Positions 35,857 to 47,948 of a stretch of 64,000 bases of DNA are shown here, in pieces; the first letter of the stretch is position 1, and every line of letters begins with the position of its first letter. Under the pieces are notes generated by a model. That model was not told the DNA's origin, searched no databases, and worked only from the letters and a program-made list of their open reading frames with translations. Made by a program: the position numbers and the translations under genes. This DNA is from Massalongia carnosa (lineage: Eukaryota): contig OZ287067.1 of NCBI GenBank assembly GCA_965645245.1, positions 2,418,001 through 2,482,000 on the forward strand, read 5' to 3'.

Positions 35857-36522
35857 ATGGCGAGCTTTTGGTCTCTCTTTCTTCCGCTTATTCTCACAGT
35901 TCCCGTATTTTGCAATCCAGGGATTCCCAGCGAGTGGTTTACGCCCAGCGTCTCGGATGCTACGAACTCACCGAATGAGATCTCCGATGACCTCATTGGG
36001 GGCAGCGCAGGTTACTCGGAGGCCGTTCCAGAAAACCCTGTTATTGCTCATAACCCAGGCTCGTTCGATGATACTTGTAGTCCTAGCAGCAGCAAGGAGA
36101 ACGCCAACCTTAGAAGACGGCAAGCCTGCACCCCTTCGAGAGAGGAACGGCAGTGTCCAGTCTTTCTACCAATCCATGTGTGTTGCAGACGAAACAAAGA
36201 AGGACCAAATCTTACAAAGGTCGCTTATGAGAGCGTGGATGATTGTGATCCTTGTACGGTTCTTCCTGACGTCCTCATGACAAACCACTAACATGCAATA
36301 TTAAGATGAAGCTGATTTAGATATTTGCACCACATTGTGGGAATTTTGTTGTGAAAGTAACGAGTATTACTGGAGTGAGGATGGTGTAAGTTAATTTTGG
36401 TAGTCTTGAATGAGGATCTATTTCACGGTTCTTGTGAAGATAACTGAATCTTTCAATAGAAACTCATTGAAAGGGGGCTATTATGCATGTATGCATGGAA
36501 GTTAGGCCTCCATTTGCCTTAA
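35857..36522 (+). CDS. Small secreted Cys-rich effector-like protein with Kex2-type site and C-CC-C-C-CC-C pattern, 3 exons
   Basis: Signal peptide MASFWSLFLPLILTVPVFC, acidic pro-region and LRRR/Q. Introns have GTACGG..AAG and GTAAGT..TAG boundaries. The protein ends GLLCMYAWKLGLHLP*. Confidence 0.72.
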
Positions 36523-36769
36523 AGCTGGTTTTCAATGAAGCAGTGAATCCATTAACTCAAGACTTTGCTGGCATGAGACTACCCCAGAGCCAGGAATTCA
36601 TTTGCAACTGGTAACGGTTTCTCAAGATTGTGGCAGGATGAGCACATGAACGATAAATGTAAATAACTGATACTGATTCAATCTATTCTCAAGGTACTGG
36701 CTTGCAGGGACATACATTTAATTTTTTGGAATTTCAAAATAGTATCTTTTAAGGCTGTAGCTGTAGATG

Positions 36770-37400
36770 AAAAAAGGGGTTTCTCGATGGTGGTTCTTGG
36801 GCAACTTTGCAGTCAGAGGTCAATCCCCCGATCTCTCAACTTTAGACCCAAATTTTCGCATCGTCGAGTCCTGGCCCGGGAGATCACAGCAATGGAAATG
36901 CCTAGTTCCGATAACGAATAACTGGCCGCTCATTTTTACCGGCAATAGGGCGGGGAAGAACATTATGACTTAGCATGAATGCAAGACGGATCCGAAGATG
37001 AGTTCAAATTGATACACTGAAGCTCATCGTGTCTCAATATTGAGGGATTTCTGGTTATATTAGAGTGAATCGAAGTTCTAAAGATATCGGCAGGACACGA
37101 AGGCCAAAAAGTATTACGTTGCAGATGTCTAATGTTTCCAAGTTTGGGACCAGTCGCAGACCACCTAAATTTACCATTGGAAAACATACAAAGAGATTTA
37201 AACTTTCTGTGTCTACATATCAGTCCACAAAGGCATGTGCGATTTGGCCTTCGCCCCGTTGTAGTTGCAGGTTGATACCTTGCAACTTCTGCAAGCCAAG
37301 TTTGATCGTCAACGTCTGCCATTCTTTGAAGTGTTCCCTGATTTCTACGTGTATCAGGAGCCCCCTGCTGCGCCAAGCCTGTTCTTATAGACATGAGAGT
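36770..37400 (+). pseudogene. Possible SRPK/CMGC-like protein kinase relic
   Basis: Fragments GFSMVVL and IEVLKISAGHEGQK..LGPVADHLNL resemble GFSTVWL and HPG..GPNGxHLCL; many stops. Confidence 0.3.
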
Positions 37401-37549
37401 AACATCTCTGCGCTGAGAAGCTCCGGAATTTCAGGTTTTCAGGTTTTAATTTTCGAAAAGTAGGGCTGAGTCACGTTATTTAGGTTATCTTAGCTGGTTT
37501 ATTTTAACTCAATTATTATCATCTCATCTTGATCATTCCTAATCATTAA

Positions 37550-38300
37550 ACATGACGTCGATCACTCTTCCAACTCGATCTCGAGTTCCCAATATCCGTT
37601 AGAAAGATGAAGACACTCAACTAGTCATTCAATGGCTTTGTATCAGAGACGATCAGGGTATTTCCGTTTCCGTCAATCTCAATCTCTATCAAAAAGGAAA
37701 CAAGGTAGAAGCTTGTAGAAGAATGCTGTTGGAGTCTGGACTGAGTGCTCAACGACCCGATGTATCCAAGGAAAAAGCCAGAGATAAAGTCGCCCAAATG
37801 ATTAAATCTTTCAAAGAAACCAGGGCCCTCGCGGATCAGACGGGATGGGGGGTAGATCCAACAAAACATGAGGTAGTGGCGGAAAACACGCGGGGAATAA
37901 CCATCAAGGAGGTCTTGATTAAGAAATGCCCTTTCTACTACGAGTGGGAAGAGATTATGGGAGATCTTCCCACTATCACTCCACCCTACATAATGGAGTC
38001 CGAAAGACCTCACCTGGTTTTGTATGTAGAACAACGTCGGTACCATCCACCTTGCCAACGACCCCGATAAATCCATCTTGTCTCTGGTCAAACTTTCTCT
38101 TATCCTAGCTCTTTCACTGGGCCATTGAACGAAGTCATTCTTTAGCCGACACAGTGCTTCTATCACCCGTTTGGTGCAGTTAAAAACATGCCCTTCTGAT
38201 ATCCCCCACATGGTAGCTGTAGGAAGGAATCCACTGGCACTACCGTCATGTGTCATGAAATTTGAGTTAAAACCTAATGATTACCGAACCGTCAAGCGGC
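37550..38300. mobile_element. Internally deleted PIF/Harbinger transposon relic (Myb/SANT-like ORF on +, transposase on -, convergent)
   Basis: On +: KARDKVAQMIKSFK..QTGWGVD..KKCPFYYEWEEIMGD. On -: WGISEGHVFNCTKRVIEALC..FVQWPS..GFIGVVGKVDGT. Both are cut at a junction near 38005. TIRs were not found. Confidence 0.75.
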
Positions 38301-39449
38301 GATCGAGGTAAAAGCCACCTGAAAGCCTATTCAGATTCATCCTCGGTATGAGTCTGAATAAACCCCTTACTCCACTCCACCAATCTCCTCACTCCACTAT
38401 ACCCTCTTATCGCTAGAACGATCACATCCACGGGCCCACTTATCGCTCCACCTTATCGCCGCCACCATCACCAAAATCTCTCATCTAGGGTGAAGGTAAA
38501 ACATGAGAAAGAAGGGGCTGGCTCAGGTATAAAAAGAGGACATATCCTGTAGATAGTTGACTCCTCGTCCGACGTCTTGTATAGCAAACCATCCCCTAGC
38601 TATAGCTTCATTAATAAAGACATCTTGATCACCCAATCCCAGTCTTAGGAACATTAGTTCAATCCCTAACCCAGTCCTTGACAGTTAGGGGTGATCAACC
38701 ATAATAGTTACATGTGACTACGACGTGAAATATATGAACAACTCACCTGAGGTGGACAGGATAATGCTACATTTGTATTCATCAAAAGATGAGGAACGAT
38801 CGCACGAAATCATTCTAATTCAACGATCATGTTAGCATTTAAGACAACGACAAATTCACTCTTTCTTTTCTCTAATTAATTTTTCAACGAAACTTAATTC
38901 ATGATTGATATTTCTTGCCCTGAAATGATGTGAAACGCTCTTCATTTTCTTTTTCGTCGAGTAATATATATTGGAATAAACAAGACTCGATTTCTTTATC
39001 TTCTGTCATCGGAATCTTTGTTCTTCAGAATTACAATGCGGAATCTTGACTGAAATCAAGCAATCGTGATGGCCGTTCTTAACGTGTCAAGAATTATGTT
39101 TATATTTTGTCAGCGCAGGTAATAAAAACGTTGATCATAGGTATGTTGTCTCCTAGAAGACGCGTGGCTCAGGAGGCTAGATACTAGATAAAAATGGATC
39201 GGCTCGAGGTCCAAACATTTAGAATGTAGAACATGATTCACATGCCATTTCTATTTCAATCAGAAGGAAAACCCAAGCCATCGCATATGTTGTTCGCGCA
39301 CATGCTGAGCGTCTCGAGTAAATCTAACGCGGAAAGCGATATATACCCAACTGGAAACGAAGGCAGAAAGCGAAGTGAGCGGCGCCAAACGATACAGTTT
39401 TTTCTTCCAGGTAGGAAGCAAGTCAAAGTAGTCATTGTCATGACCACTG

Positions 39450-40739
39450 AGTATTTGGGTTCCAAGCTTGGCTTCTCCTCGTCACTACCGGGACTTAACA
39501 AGTCTACTGTGTAGTAATTTATATTCTCTGAGGCTTTTTGCCCTGATGATCAGTTGAGATGATTTACGTCTTGACCAGATGAGGTGAAATGAATGGCATT
39601 GATCTATAGATGATTTTCTAGCTAGGTATGCCGCCAGGGGATAGATCAAGAGATGTCTCCGAAGGAAGAAAGAATGAAGAATTTTTACCTGTGCCGCGGT
39701 GGCAATGTCATGTGACGGGCATGTGACGGGCCCGTTGACCAATGTTGGTTAATGCCAGTATAGCTGACATTTGGCATATTCTTTAGCCTCTCTAGGGAGC
39801 AATTCATCTGGCAGGAATCTTGTGTACGAAGAAGCTTCTGGAAGTTGCATGGCGATAACAGGCTGACCAAGTTTGCTCACAAGCCGTTAAACCTAATCAA
39901 TTAGATCAAAATTGCTAGGTGGTATTGATGATCAAAAAAGAGATGTTAAGATATAATGTACAAACGAAGTTGCTCTCTCCATTAATATGGCGCCTGCAAA
40001 GCGCCGTAGAGGTTAGCGTTTCCCATACACCTCTTTCTTCATGGCCACTTTCATCTAAACATCACCAATAAAGCATAGAGATGAAGGAAAACGTTTCGAC
40101 AGACTAGGAGTCGACGACAGGTTGCAAGATTCAGCGCGAAGTTAAGTGATTCAAACCAAACCTGATCAGAGCAGTCCCTGACTGCTTTATGCTTCTGAGA
40201 TTTTCGCCGATTCTTGGCTACTTCAACGCAAGGTCCGCTATAAGTGTAGTTACGAATTAAAAAAAGGTATGAAAGTGAAATCACGCATGGAACCTAGAAG
40301 CCTACGTTTCGAGTCATTCTCCGATGTAAGATTTGGGACGTTATCAAATCCAGTTAGCATACAGTGTTCTCGTTTCGTGGGGGAAAAAGTTCAGGTAGTC
40401 TAGATCATAACTAGTCAATTAAAGATCAAGGTGTCGAGACTGCTACGTTTTCCCTCTAACAGGATTATCGGTCTTTAAGTCTATCTGAGTTCTGCTTATG
40501 TGTTTTTCAATCGGTTTTTTAATTTATTGGTGCACTGTTGCTATAATCCAGCCAGTATCAGGGGTTTATCACGCCACCAGGCAAATACAGCTGTGATTGA
40601 ACGCCCTATCGTCAACCAATTGGAAATATCAATGAGCACGAGAAGTTCAGAACAATACATGAGATTTGGATGACTCTGGGCGTCGGTGCACCAAGGTAAT
40701 TTTTGAATCAAATCCTTTGGTTGCAGGCGCATAGTTTCT

Positions 40740-40774
<35 letters not shown>

Positions 40775-43700
40775 AATTCTTATTCCGATGTGGTACCGGC
40801 CGAAGGCCGGCCCATGCGGGCAAATCTATGGAATTATATAATACATGGAAAACCTTTTAAGGAAGAAAAACCAAGTAATCCGACATCTCTCCGAATACTT
40901 TTCGAGTCTCGGTCGAGGGATCTATCTGAAGAACAGTTGACCGGTGACAGGTTAAAGGAAAAGAAAGTCGCCTTTTAGCGACTTGACGTGTGGTTGTCAA
41001 TGATATAAATGCTGTGCTGTCATTGAGAACTGAGTCAGTAAGCCGGTCTTCATTAACCATGAGGTGACTAGTTTCATCGCTCTGGATGAGTCGGTAATTA
41101 GTCGATAGTTGTTTGTGCCTATAGAACGTAACATTGACTGTCTGTTGCTGTTAAGTTTGCAAAACATGATTACATGTTTCGCGGTTTGTTTCGGCCAGCC
41201 ACATGGACAGTTTGGTGTTAGGACGTCGGGGACGTGACGTCTAAATAGAAAGTCGGCTAGGCCTATCTTTTCTGAGCGTATCTGGATAGTTAGAGCGCTT
41301 TCTGCTTTGGCTAGAGTTTTGTGTAATTTGATGCGTTTTTTGGTTAGTGGGGGTGCCTGTGCTGGAGTAGGCGTAGATGTGAGATTCTGATATTTTTTCC
41401 ATGAGGTCTGCCATGCGTCTATATATCGTTTTTTTATTTTGCGGTTATTTTACCTTGAGCCGCCCGCGCCTCTTCAATTTCTCGAGCTGTATTCGGGGGG
41501 GGTTCGGCCCATGGTGGGTGCGCTACCGGCGACGCGATTTTATGTGTGTCCGATATTATTTTCTTGGCACATGCGTGTTTCAGCATTCCCGGGGTACTCG
41601 CAGGAGCTCGTTTGCGTCCAGCCCGGCCTCTGAGTTTGTTTGCAATAGAGTCGCATGCATTGATGATGAATTTCTTTTGACCTCCCTGACACAAGCGATG
41701 TCTAGCCTGCGTCTGAAGTTGATCTAGATGTATGTCAATAGGAGCTATGTACGTTTCTGCTTCCAATACCGCTATTGGGGTCGCCTTAAATGCTCCAGCT
41801 ATAGTTCGTAAGCATTTATTCTGTATGACGGCTAGCTTGTTTGAGATGCCATTCGATTTTTTTATATCCTTTGGCATGTGCCATATAGTAGAACCATACG
41901 TTATGGCCGGGCGAACTACGGCGGTGTATATCTGGCGGGCTTTTGGAAAGGTGGCGCCCCATGTGGAGGTAGAAATTTTTGTCAGTGCCCTGGATTGTTT
42001 TGTCAGTTTTTCCTGAATCTTTCTGATATGTGGACCCCATTTCAATTTGGTGTCGATTCGGAGTCCCAAGATTCTAATGTCTGTTTTTGGTTTAATGATG
42101 CTGTTTTCTATCTTAACAACAGCAGTCATGTTAAATTTCTTCGGATTTCTTGACAAGTGTATCAGTTCGTACTTTTTCGGTGCAAAAACCGATCCGTGCC
42201 GAATGGCCCATCTTTCGCATTTCTTGTGAATTCCCTCCAGCGTTTTGCAATTTTCTTCCGTGCTTTTCCCATATGCTAACACGTTTATGTCATCTACGAA
42301 ACCTATGGCGCTCGTGTTGGTTCCAGGTCTTTCACATATGTCTAGTAGGTCTGCATTATAGAAAAGATAGAGGATAGGAGAAATAGGAGAGCCTTGTGGT
42401 ATTCCGGTTCTTACTTCGAATATGTCTATGACTCGGCTATGTATTGCTAGCGTGGTACTTCGTTCGTTTAAAAAACTGTCTACCCAGTCAGTAATCCATT
42501 TTGGGATTTTCCGTTTGCGCAGGTTATGGATTAAACGTCTATGTGACACTGTATCATAAGCTCCTGCTACGTCCATGCTCAACAGAGTGGCTACTTTGTC
42601 GTTGCCTTGTCCCCATACTGTGTGGATTTGTTCCGTTAACAATTCCAGTGCAGTTTCTGTTGATCTTCCTCTTCTGGCACCCATCTGGGTATCGGGTAGA
42701 AGTCGGTGTGTTTCCGCTATGTGGGTGATTTTCTTGGACATGATGGATTCCATAACCTTGCCAAGCGTGTTCAGGAGTGCTATAGGACGATAGGCGTTCG
42801 GAGCCGTATAATCATCTTTGTCTATCTTTCTCAGTGTGATTGTGTTTGCGGTCTTGAACGCGCGTGGATGATACGCCTGATCTATGCATGCTTGAAACAA
42901 AGGAGTTAGTAAATCGGACAGCTTTTCGGAGCACGCCTTTACAATTCTGTTGGTTATTCCGTCCGGACCAGGGGCCGTGTCGGGCTTGAGTCGGCGTATC
43001 GATTCTGTTACTTCCGATCTGGTTACGATTGTGGGACAGTGAGGAGGGCTAGGATAAAAGGAGCCCTCTATTTCGCTGAGATCGGCAGGAGGTGCAGGTG
43101 GAAAGAATTTCTGTTTCAGCATCTCCGTTTTTTCCTCGAACGTGGAAGCTATTTGATCGTCTCGGGTGAGGCTAGGCATTTTTGGAATTTCTCTTGGCTT
43201 CTCACTTTTGTCCTTCGCCCACTTAGCCAGCCGCCATAATCCCATAGGCGATTCAGTAGCTTTTTCTATTTCCTTGCGGAACGACAGTCTCTTGGCTTTT
43301 TGAATGATTTTTTGTTTTCTATGATTAGACTTCGTGTACGTTATCCAATCTGAAAGATCTCTGGAGTTCGTCCAGGCGCGTCTAAGCCTGCGAGTTTCTT
43401 TCGTGATTACACTGCATTCATCATTCCAAAAGGGCTTGGCGTACTTACTGGGTCTTGCCCATGGTACAGTAGCGTTTATGACTTCTTGAAGGAATTCTTG
43501 AATCGTTATCGTGTAGGCTTCGATTTCGTCCGGAGATCGGGGAGAGAACGGAAGGGGAGCCCGTTTTTCGGGCTTCCCTCAATATTTCCATGTTTACCCG
43601 CTTCCAGGCCCTGCGTTCAACAATTGTTTGAGGTCGCATAGTTTCTATATCGCCGTGGAGGAAAGAATAAAAAATGTATACTCCTTCCCAGCAACCTAGT

Positions 43701-44300
43701 CATGGACCGTAACTAATTCTATACCTTGAAGACTTAAGTGAACACTCACCCCAAAGTTAAATCTAACTTCAACATTCTTCACTCCAGCTTCCAAATATCA
43801 CAGCAGCGCCATTCCCTGAAAATCGGAGCATATCTTCGTTGAAGAACGGATGGTTTACGGATGCATTAAATATGAATGGCCTAAAAGCGCGAACTTGGTC
43901 GTTTTCTTGGTCTTTTCCTTGAGTCGTATTTCAAACTCGTAAAAGACTACAACTATTCCTTGGAAGAGAAACGGGCGGTTGTAGACTTCATGGTCGTACT
44001 TTTAGCGCGGATCGTCGCTTGGCGCTACAGATATGAATTTAGATGACTTATAGATTACTTAGGACTCTAGCTATGACTTATATGAACTTTGTCTTTGTTT
44101 GAGTTGGGACCACCGCGCTCGAGAGTAGAAAACCACCGCATTATCTATGCCTTTTGGCACGGTTTATCTATACTTTCCGGAGTGTGATTCTAAGCGCGTC
44201 TGGTAGTTTCAATAACACGGTTGAGATCCTCTTATCGAAAGTTGGAAGAGTTAGAAAGGTGATATTATTTTCGTCGGTAAGAATTAAGAGATTCATGGTT
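39450..44300 (-). pseudogene. Putative relic of a DUF3435 tyrosine recombinase (Starship captain-like), split by a LINE
   Basis: Ordered fragments GKYR*TVPKGIDNAV, RLKEKTKKT, YLNFFPHE(R), FVTTLIA, LTS..RR.ING, IATAAQ and YLARKSSID. Heavily degraded; recognised by eye only. Confidence 0.4.
40742..43634 (-). mobile_element. Second Tad1-like LINE, 5'-truncated inside ORF2, frameshift near 41437
   Basis: 14-bp TSD CGCATAGTTTCTAT at 40728-40741 and 43635-43648. (ATC)n tail at 40742-40774. RT motifs APGPDG, PQGSPISP and FVDD. ORF2 stop at 40997-40999. Confidence 0.95.
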
Positions 44301-45113
44301 TTATGCCTTCCGAGAGTGTGCGCAATTTGGGCCGTCGATATAGTTTTGGATAACAAGCTGTAGTAAGTATTTCGACTTGCTTTACTATCTGATACTTCGA
44401 CTTTCACGCTTTCTCTGTCGCAAGAATGGTTACTTAATTATCTCTTTCTTTATTTCCATCAAGAGACTTTGCCAAGGTGCGCTGAGTGAAGATGGGAAGG
44501 TCGTTGCATTGCAGAATTGCTAATTGCTAATGTCTTAAAAAGAGGGTTCTTCTAAGCATTCCTGAGTGGCTGATCCGATTCTATTTTGGATTTTGGGGAT
44601 TGGTCGCAGTACTCTTTCTGTGTGCTTCTTTGTCAGGGTCCTAGCCTGACCTAACATGTTCTGGCAGTCATCTGACCTGCTCTAGACTAATCAGGCTTAA
44701 CATGACATTCCATCTAGAACAGCCGTAGATGCTGCGCCCCGGAAGAATTGGACATAGTTAGCCGAGCTGTCCATTTTTTATTTTTTATTAATTCATTAAG
44801 CGTATGCATCCTAAGGATATGACGCTGTGACTGCTATTTATGTACATAAACAACAGTCAGGAAGTGGAAACCTGGCCCCCAGGGTAAAACCACTCCCTTG
44901 TTCCATGTTGAACGCAACGAGACCGTCGTTCTACCACGCGGTGCATACACCCAGATCTTCAAGCGCTAGGAATCCTATAGACTCGATGAACTAGACAGTG
45001 TATTTCCACACGTTCGACGAACGTTCTCTCTCTTTAAATGTTTTGACTCAATGGAGGAAAGACTGGCCGTGATCGAGGGCAGATCGTGGTGTCGTATAAA
45101 TGAAGGTGTGTAA

Positions 45114-45259
45114 GTGTGGCCATTCTAAATGAATGGGCTTTTTCGATGTGGTGAAAGGCTTCCGCCTGAGGGGTGTGGCCATTCCGAATGAATGGGCTTT
45201 TTCGATGAGGTGAAAGGCTTCCGCCTGAGGGGTGTGGCCATTCCGAATGAATGGGCTTT
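45114..45259. repeat. Tandem repeat, 59-bp unit, ~2.5 copies
   Basis: GTGTGGCCATT starts at 45114, 45173 and 45232; the units are nearly identical. Confidence 0.92.
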
Positions 45260-45609
45260 GTATGTGTGCCTTCGAGGTGACGAATGATCAGTAGAGACGT
45301 TGATCGTTCAAATGGCCACCGAGGTGGACTTCCGCGTTGGCGATGATCAGATATTGGCCACCTCCGAGGAGGTGTTAATAGCCTGCACCACGTAGAGGTT
45401 TCTGACCCAGCAGGCCGCCGAGCTGTCCATCTATCGTTTTGAAAAACCGAATGCATTCTCGACAACAATACTTGACACCGGCTGACATGGACCTTGATCA
45501 TATTTATTTCGTTTCTCGTCATTACTCGCCCCAACCCCTCCTTGACAAACAGGCGATATCCCTCGCATAACTAGTTACTCCACGGCGAGCAAACAGCAGC
45601 AGCAGCAGA

Positions 45610-46119
45610 ATGTCACGATTTTGGGCCCACACAGACTACGCGGAAGACCAACCGCTTTCGCACCCCATCCTCACCACGCACGTCCTGCACCGCAGCTTCC
45701 AGTCCGGCGCCACGGGCGGCATCATCACCGGTATAATCCGTTCTTCTTTTCTGGCCCGACGGATCACGGCCGCGGCGTACTGGCCGACGTTCCGCACCGC
45801 GCTTCAGCGCTCGACCGGCGTTGGCGCCGCGATCGGAACAGGGGCCATGGCGATCATGTTGCCAGCGAGAATGTGGGGTCGGGAGCGGATCGAGTGGCAG
45901 GATCGCAGCTGGCGGTTGTTGGAGAATCGGGGCCAGCTGGCAGTGGATGACTGGAGTCTTGGGGGGACGGTTTTGGGGGTTGTCGGGATGGCGCTGCGAC
46001 GTCAGACAGGGGAGTTGCTAGGATGGAGGAGGGTGATGGGAGGAGCTGGCCTCGGTAACATCGCTGGAGTGTTTGGTTATTTTGGATGGCGGTATTGGAT
46101 TCATGCAGGGCGGCTATAA
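45610..46119 (+). CDS. Conserved fungal hypothetical membrane protein, 169 aa, intronless
   Basis: GC-rich clean ORF with Gly-rich hydrophobic segments and a MWGRERIEWQDRSWRLLENRGQ..DDWS motif. Confidence 0.8.
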   Translation: MSRFWAHTDYAEDQPLSHPILTTHVLHRSFQSGATGGIITGIIRSSFLARRITAAAYWPTFRTALQRSTGVGAAIGTGAMAIMLPARMWGRERIEWQDRSWRLLENRGQLAVDDWSLGGTVLGVVGMALRRQTGELLGWRRVMGGAGLGNIAGVFGYFGWRYWIHAGRL

Positions 46120-46253
46120 TTGACAATCATCGTTTACAACTGATTGGACTATGAGATAATATTGCTGTTAAATCAATAAACTCCTTGTAAGTGATATGAA
46201 TATTTGTCTTCTTCATTAGATTTGGGTTATGAATTAGCTTTAAGTTTTGCTTT

Positions 46254-47948
46254 CTAATCGAAATTTCTATTATTGCCCGCTGGCAGCGTAGGAGCACCAT
46301 TTTCTCTGTAATCAATTCCTACCCATCGGGTCACAACTTCCCGGAACGCTGGCTCCAATGGCTCCAACATTGCCAGATGAGTCTCCCAGTTCCACCGTGT
46401 TGCTACCGATTTCAGTCTCGATATGATGGTCTCAGCGCGCCTTAGCTGCAGCAGAGCAAGCCCGCTCATCAGCCCTCTCATTTCGTCGATGGAGTTGACT
46501 TCGAATTCCCCAAGTAAGTATACATTGTTTAGACCGCTCTGCTTCGGTTCGTTTGGCTGCGCGAACGAGAAGGAAGAGAGCCACTGTTGGTTTCTTTGCT
46601 CTAAGAAGCGAGACGCAACGCGGTCAAACAGCTGAACGACTCTTTTGCAGATCATGACGAGGAATATCATGGACTCTGACACAGGAGCGCAGGTCTCGCA
46701 CGCCAGAATGAAGCTACATTTCTGAAGGGCATGCTTGACAAATGAGAGGGTGTGGTCGAAGGGATGGATGTTTACGCGATGCGACTTGGCTTCGAGGTCT
46801 TCTAGAATCTGAAGAGCGACTATCATGCATTGACACCTTGGAGAAGGGGGCGAAGATGGATGAGCAATGCTGCTTCCGCCGGTAGCGTTGCGATTTTCGT
46901 CGTGGGAAACGTTGTTATCCTTCCTGTTATTAGGAGACGCAATACGGGTTTCTATGTCATCCACAAAGCACAATTGTGGTGTATTGTTTGGGAGTTCAAG
47001 GTCTTTATGCGAGGATTCATGCATGAATGGGCTTGATATGACAGAATGCACTGGCGAATTGTTTCCCGATTGAGTTTTTTGCAGCGAAGAACTTATATAA
47101 CCAGGATTCTCGAAGAATCGAGATATTTCAAAGGCCTGATCAACGTCTGCTTAGGCTGTTAGATAGATACAAACGAACAATGAGCTAACAAACTTACAAG
47201 AGTCTGTTGTTTCTGTAAATGTGGTCTCGAACTCACTCGATTGATTCCATAAATCTATTTTCGGTCCTATGTTGAGGCGCTCCTCAGATAGCGCTTGGGT
47301 AAATTGCGCAGCGCCGAACTCTGCTAGCCCATATGAAGAAGACATCTCAAAGCTGAGTCCTAGGTCTTTCTTGGATAACTCGGGATTTTCTAACTTGACT
47401 TCGGACTGCGGCACAAAATGCGAGTAAACGCATGAAAGATGAGTCTCAGTGGCCTGCTTCATGTTCATTTTTGATTCATTCTCGTTATGGTCCTTCTCAG
47501 CTAAATCAGGTATTTGACCATCCTTTACCCCGGAAGCACCTTCGGAAAGTTTTCCAGCCTCTTTTGATGGCAATATAGGCATATATTGCTCATGATTGGA
47601 CTTTGAAGGTGATAAAGGGCTTCCTGCCGTGGGCTGGTTGGTTTTTCGACGCCTCGATGCCTTTCTTTTGTTGTCCATAGCCATCAAATATAAACAAGGT
47701 ATGCCTTTGATCATACATCGATCACACCCATCTCTTCCTCCGCTACATCTGAGCTACGAAGGTGTAAGCAATGCGCATCATTCAATGATCTGTCGGCTAT
47801 CGATGCCTCGTGCATATTATACCTTTTTGAGTCGACAGTTATCGCATGCAGAATGTGTAATGCAGGGACGATTTAAGAAAGGTCGTCTCTTTTGCTCGAT
47901 ACATATCAACTCCTCGTACGAGGGGCTGCAATGTAAAACGGTAAACAT
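46254..47948 (-). CDS. Zn(II)2Cys6 transcription factor (AflR-like layout), multi-exon
   Basis: MFTVLHCS..SACDNCRLKK|intron|LRCSGGRDGCDRCMIKGIPCLY; C-terminal CQC..CETC..LGEFEV region. Confidence 0.85.

Noticed and set aside
38630..38695. Telomere-like CCCTAACCC/TTAGGG words
   Set aside because: Isolated single units, consistent with chance.
40742..40774. (GAT)n microsatellite / poly-Asp ORF 40703-40978
   Set aside because: It is the (ATC)n 3' tail of the minus-strand LINE, next to its TSD.
45114..45259. CRISPR-like array
   Set aside because: Contiguous tandem units with no unique spacers, no cas genes, and a eukaryotic context.
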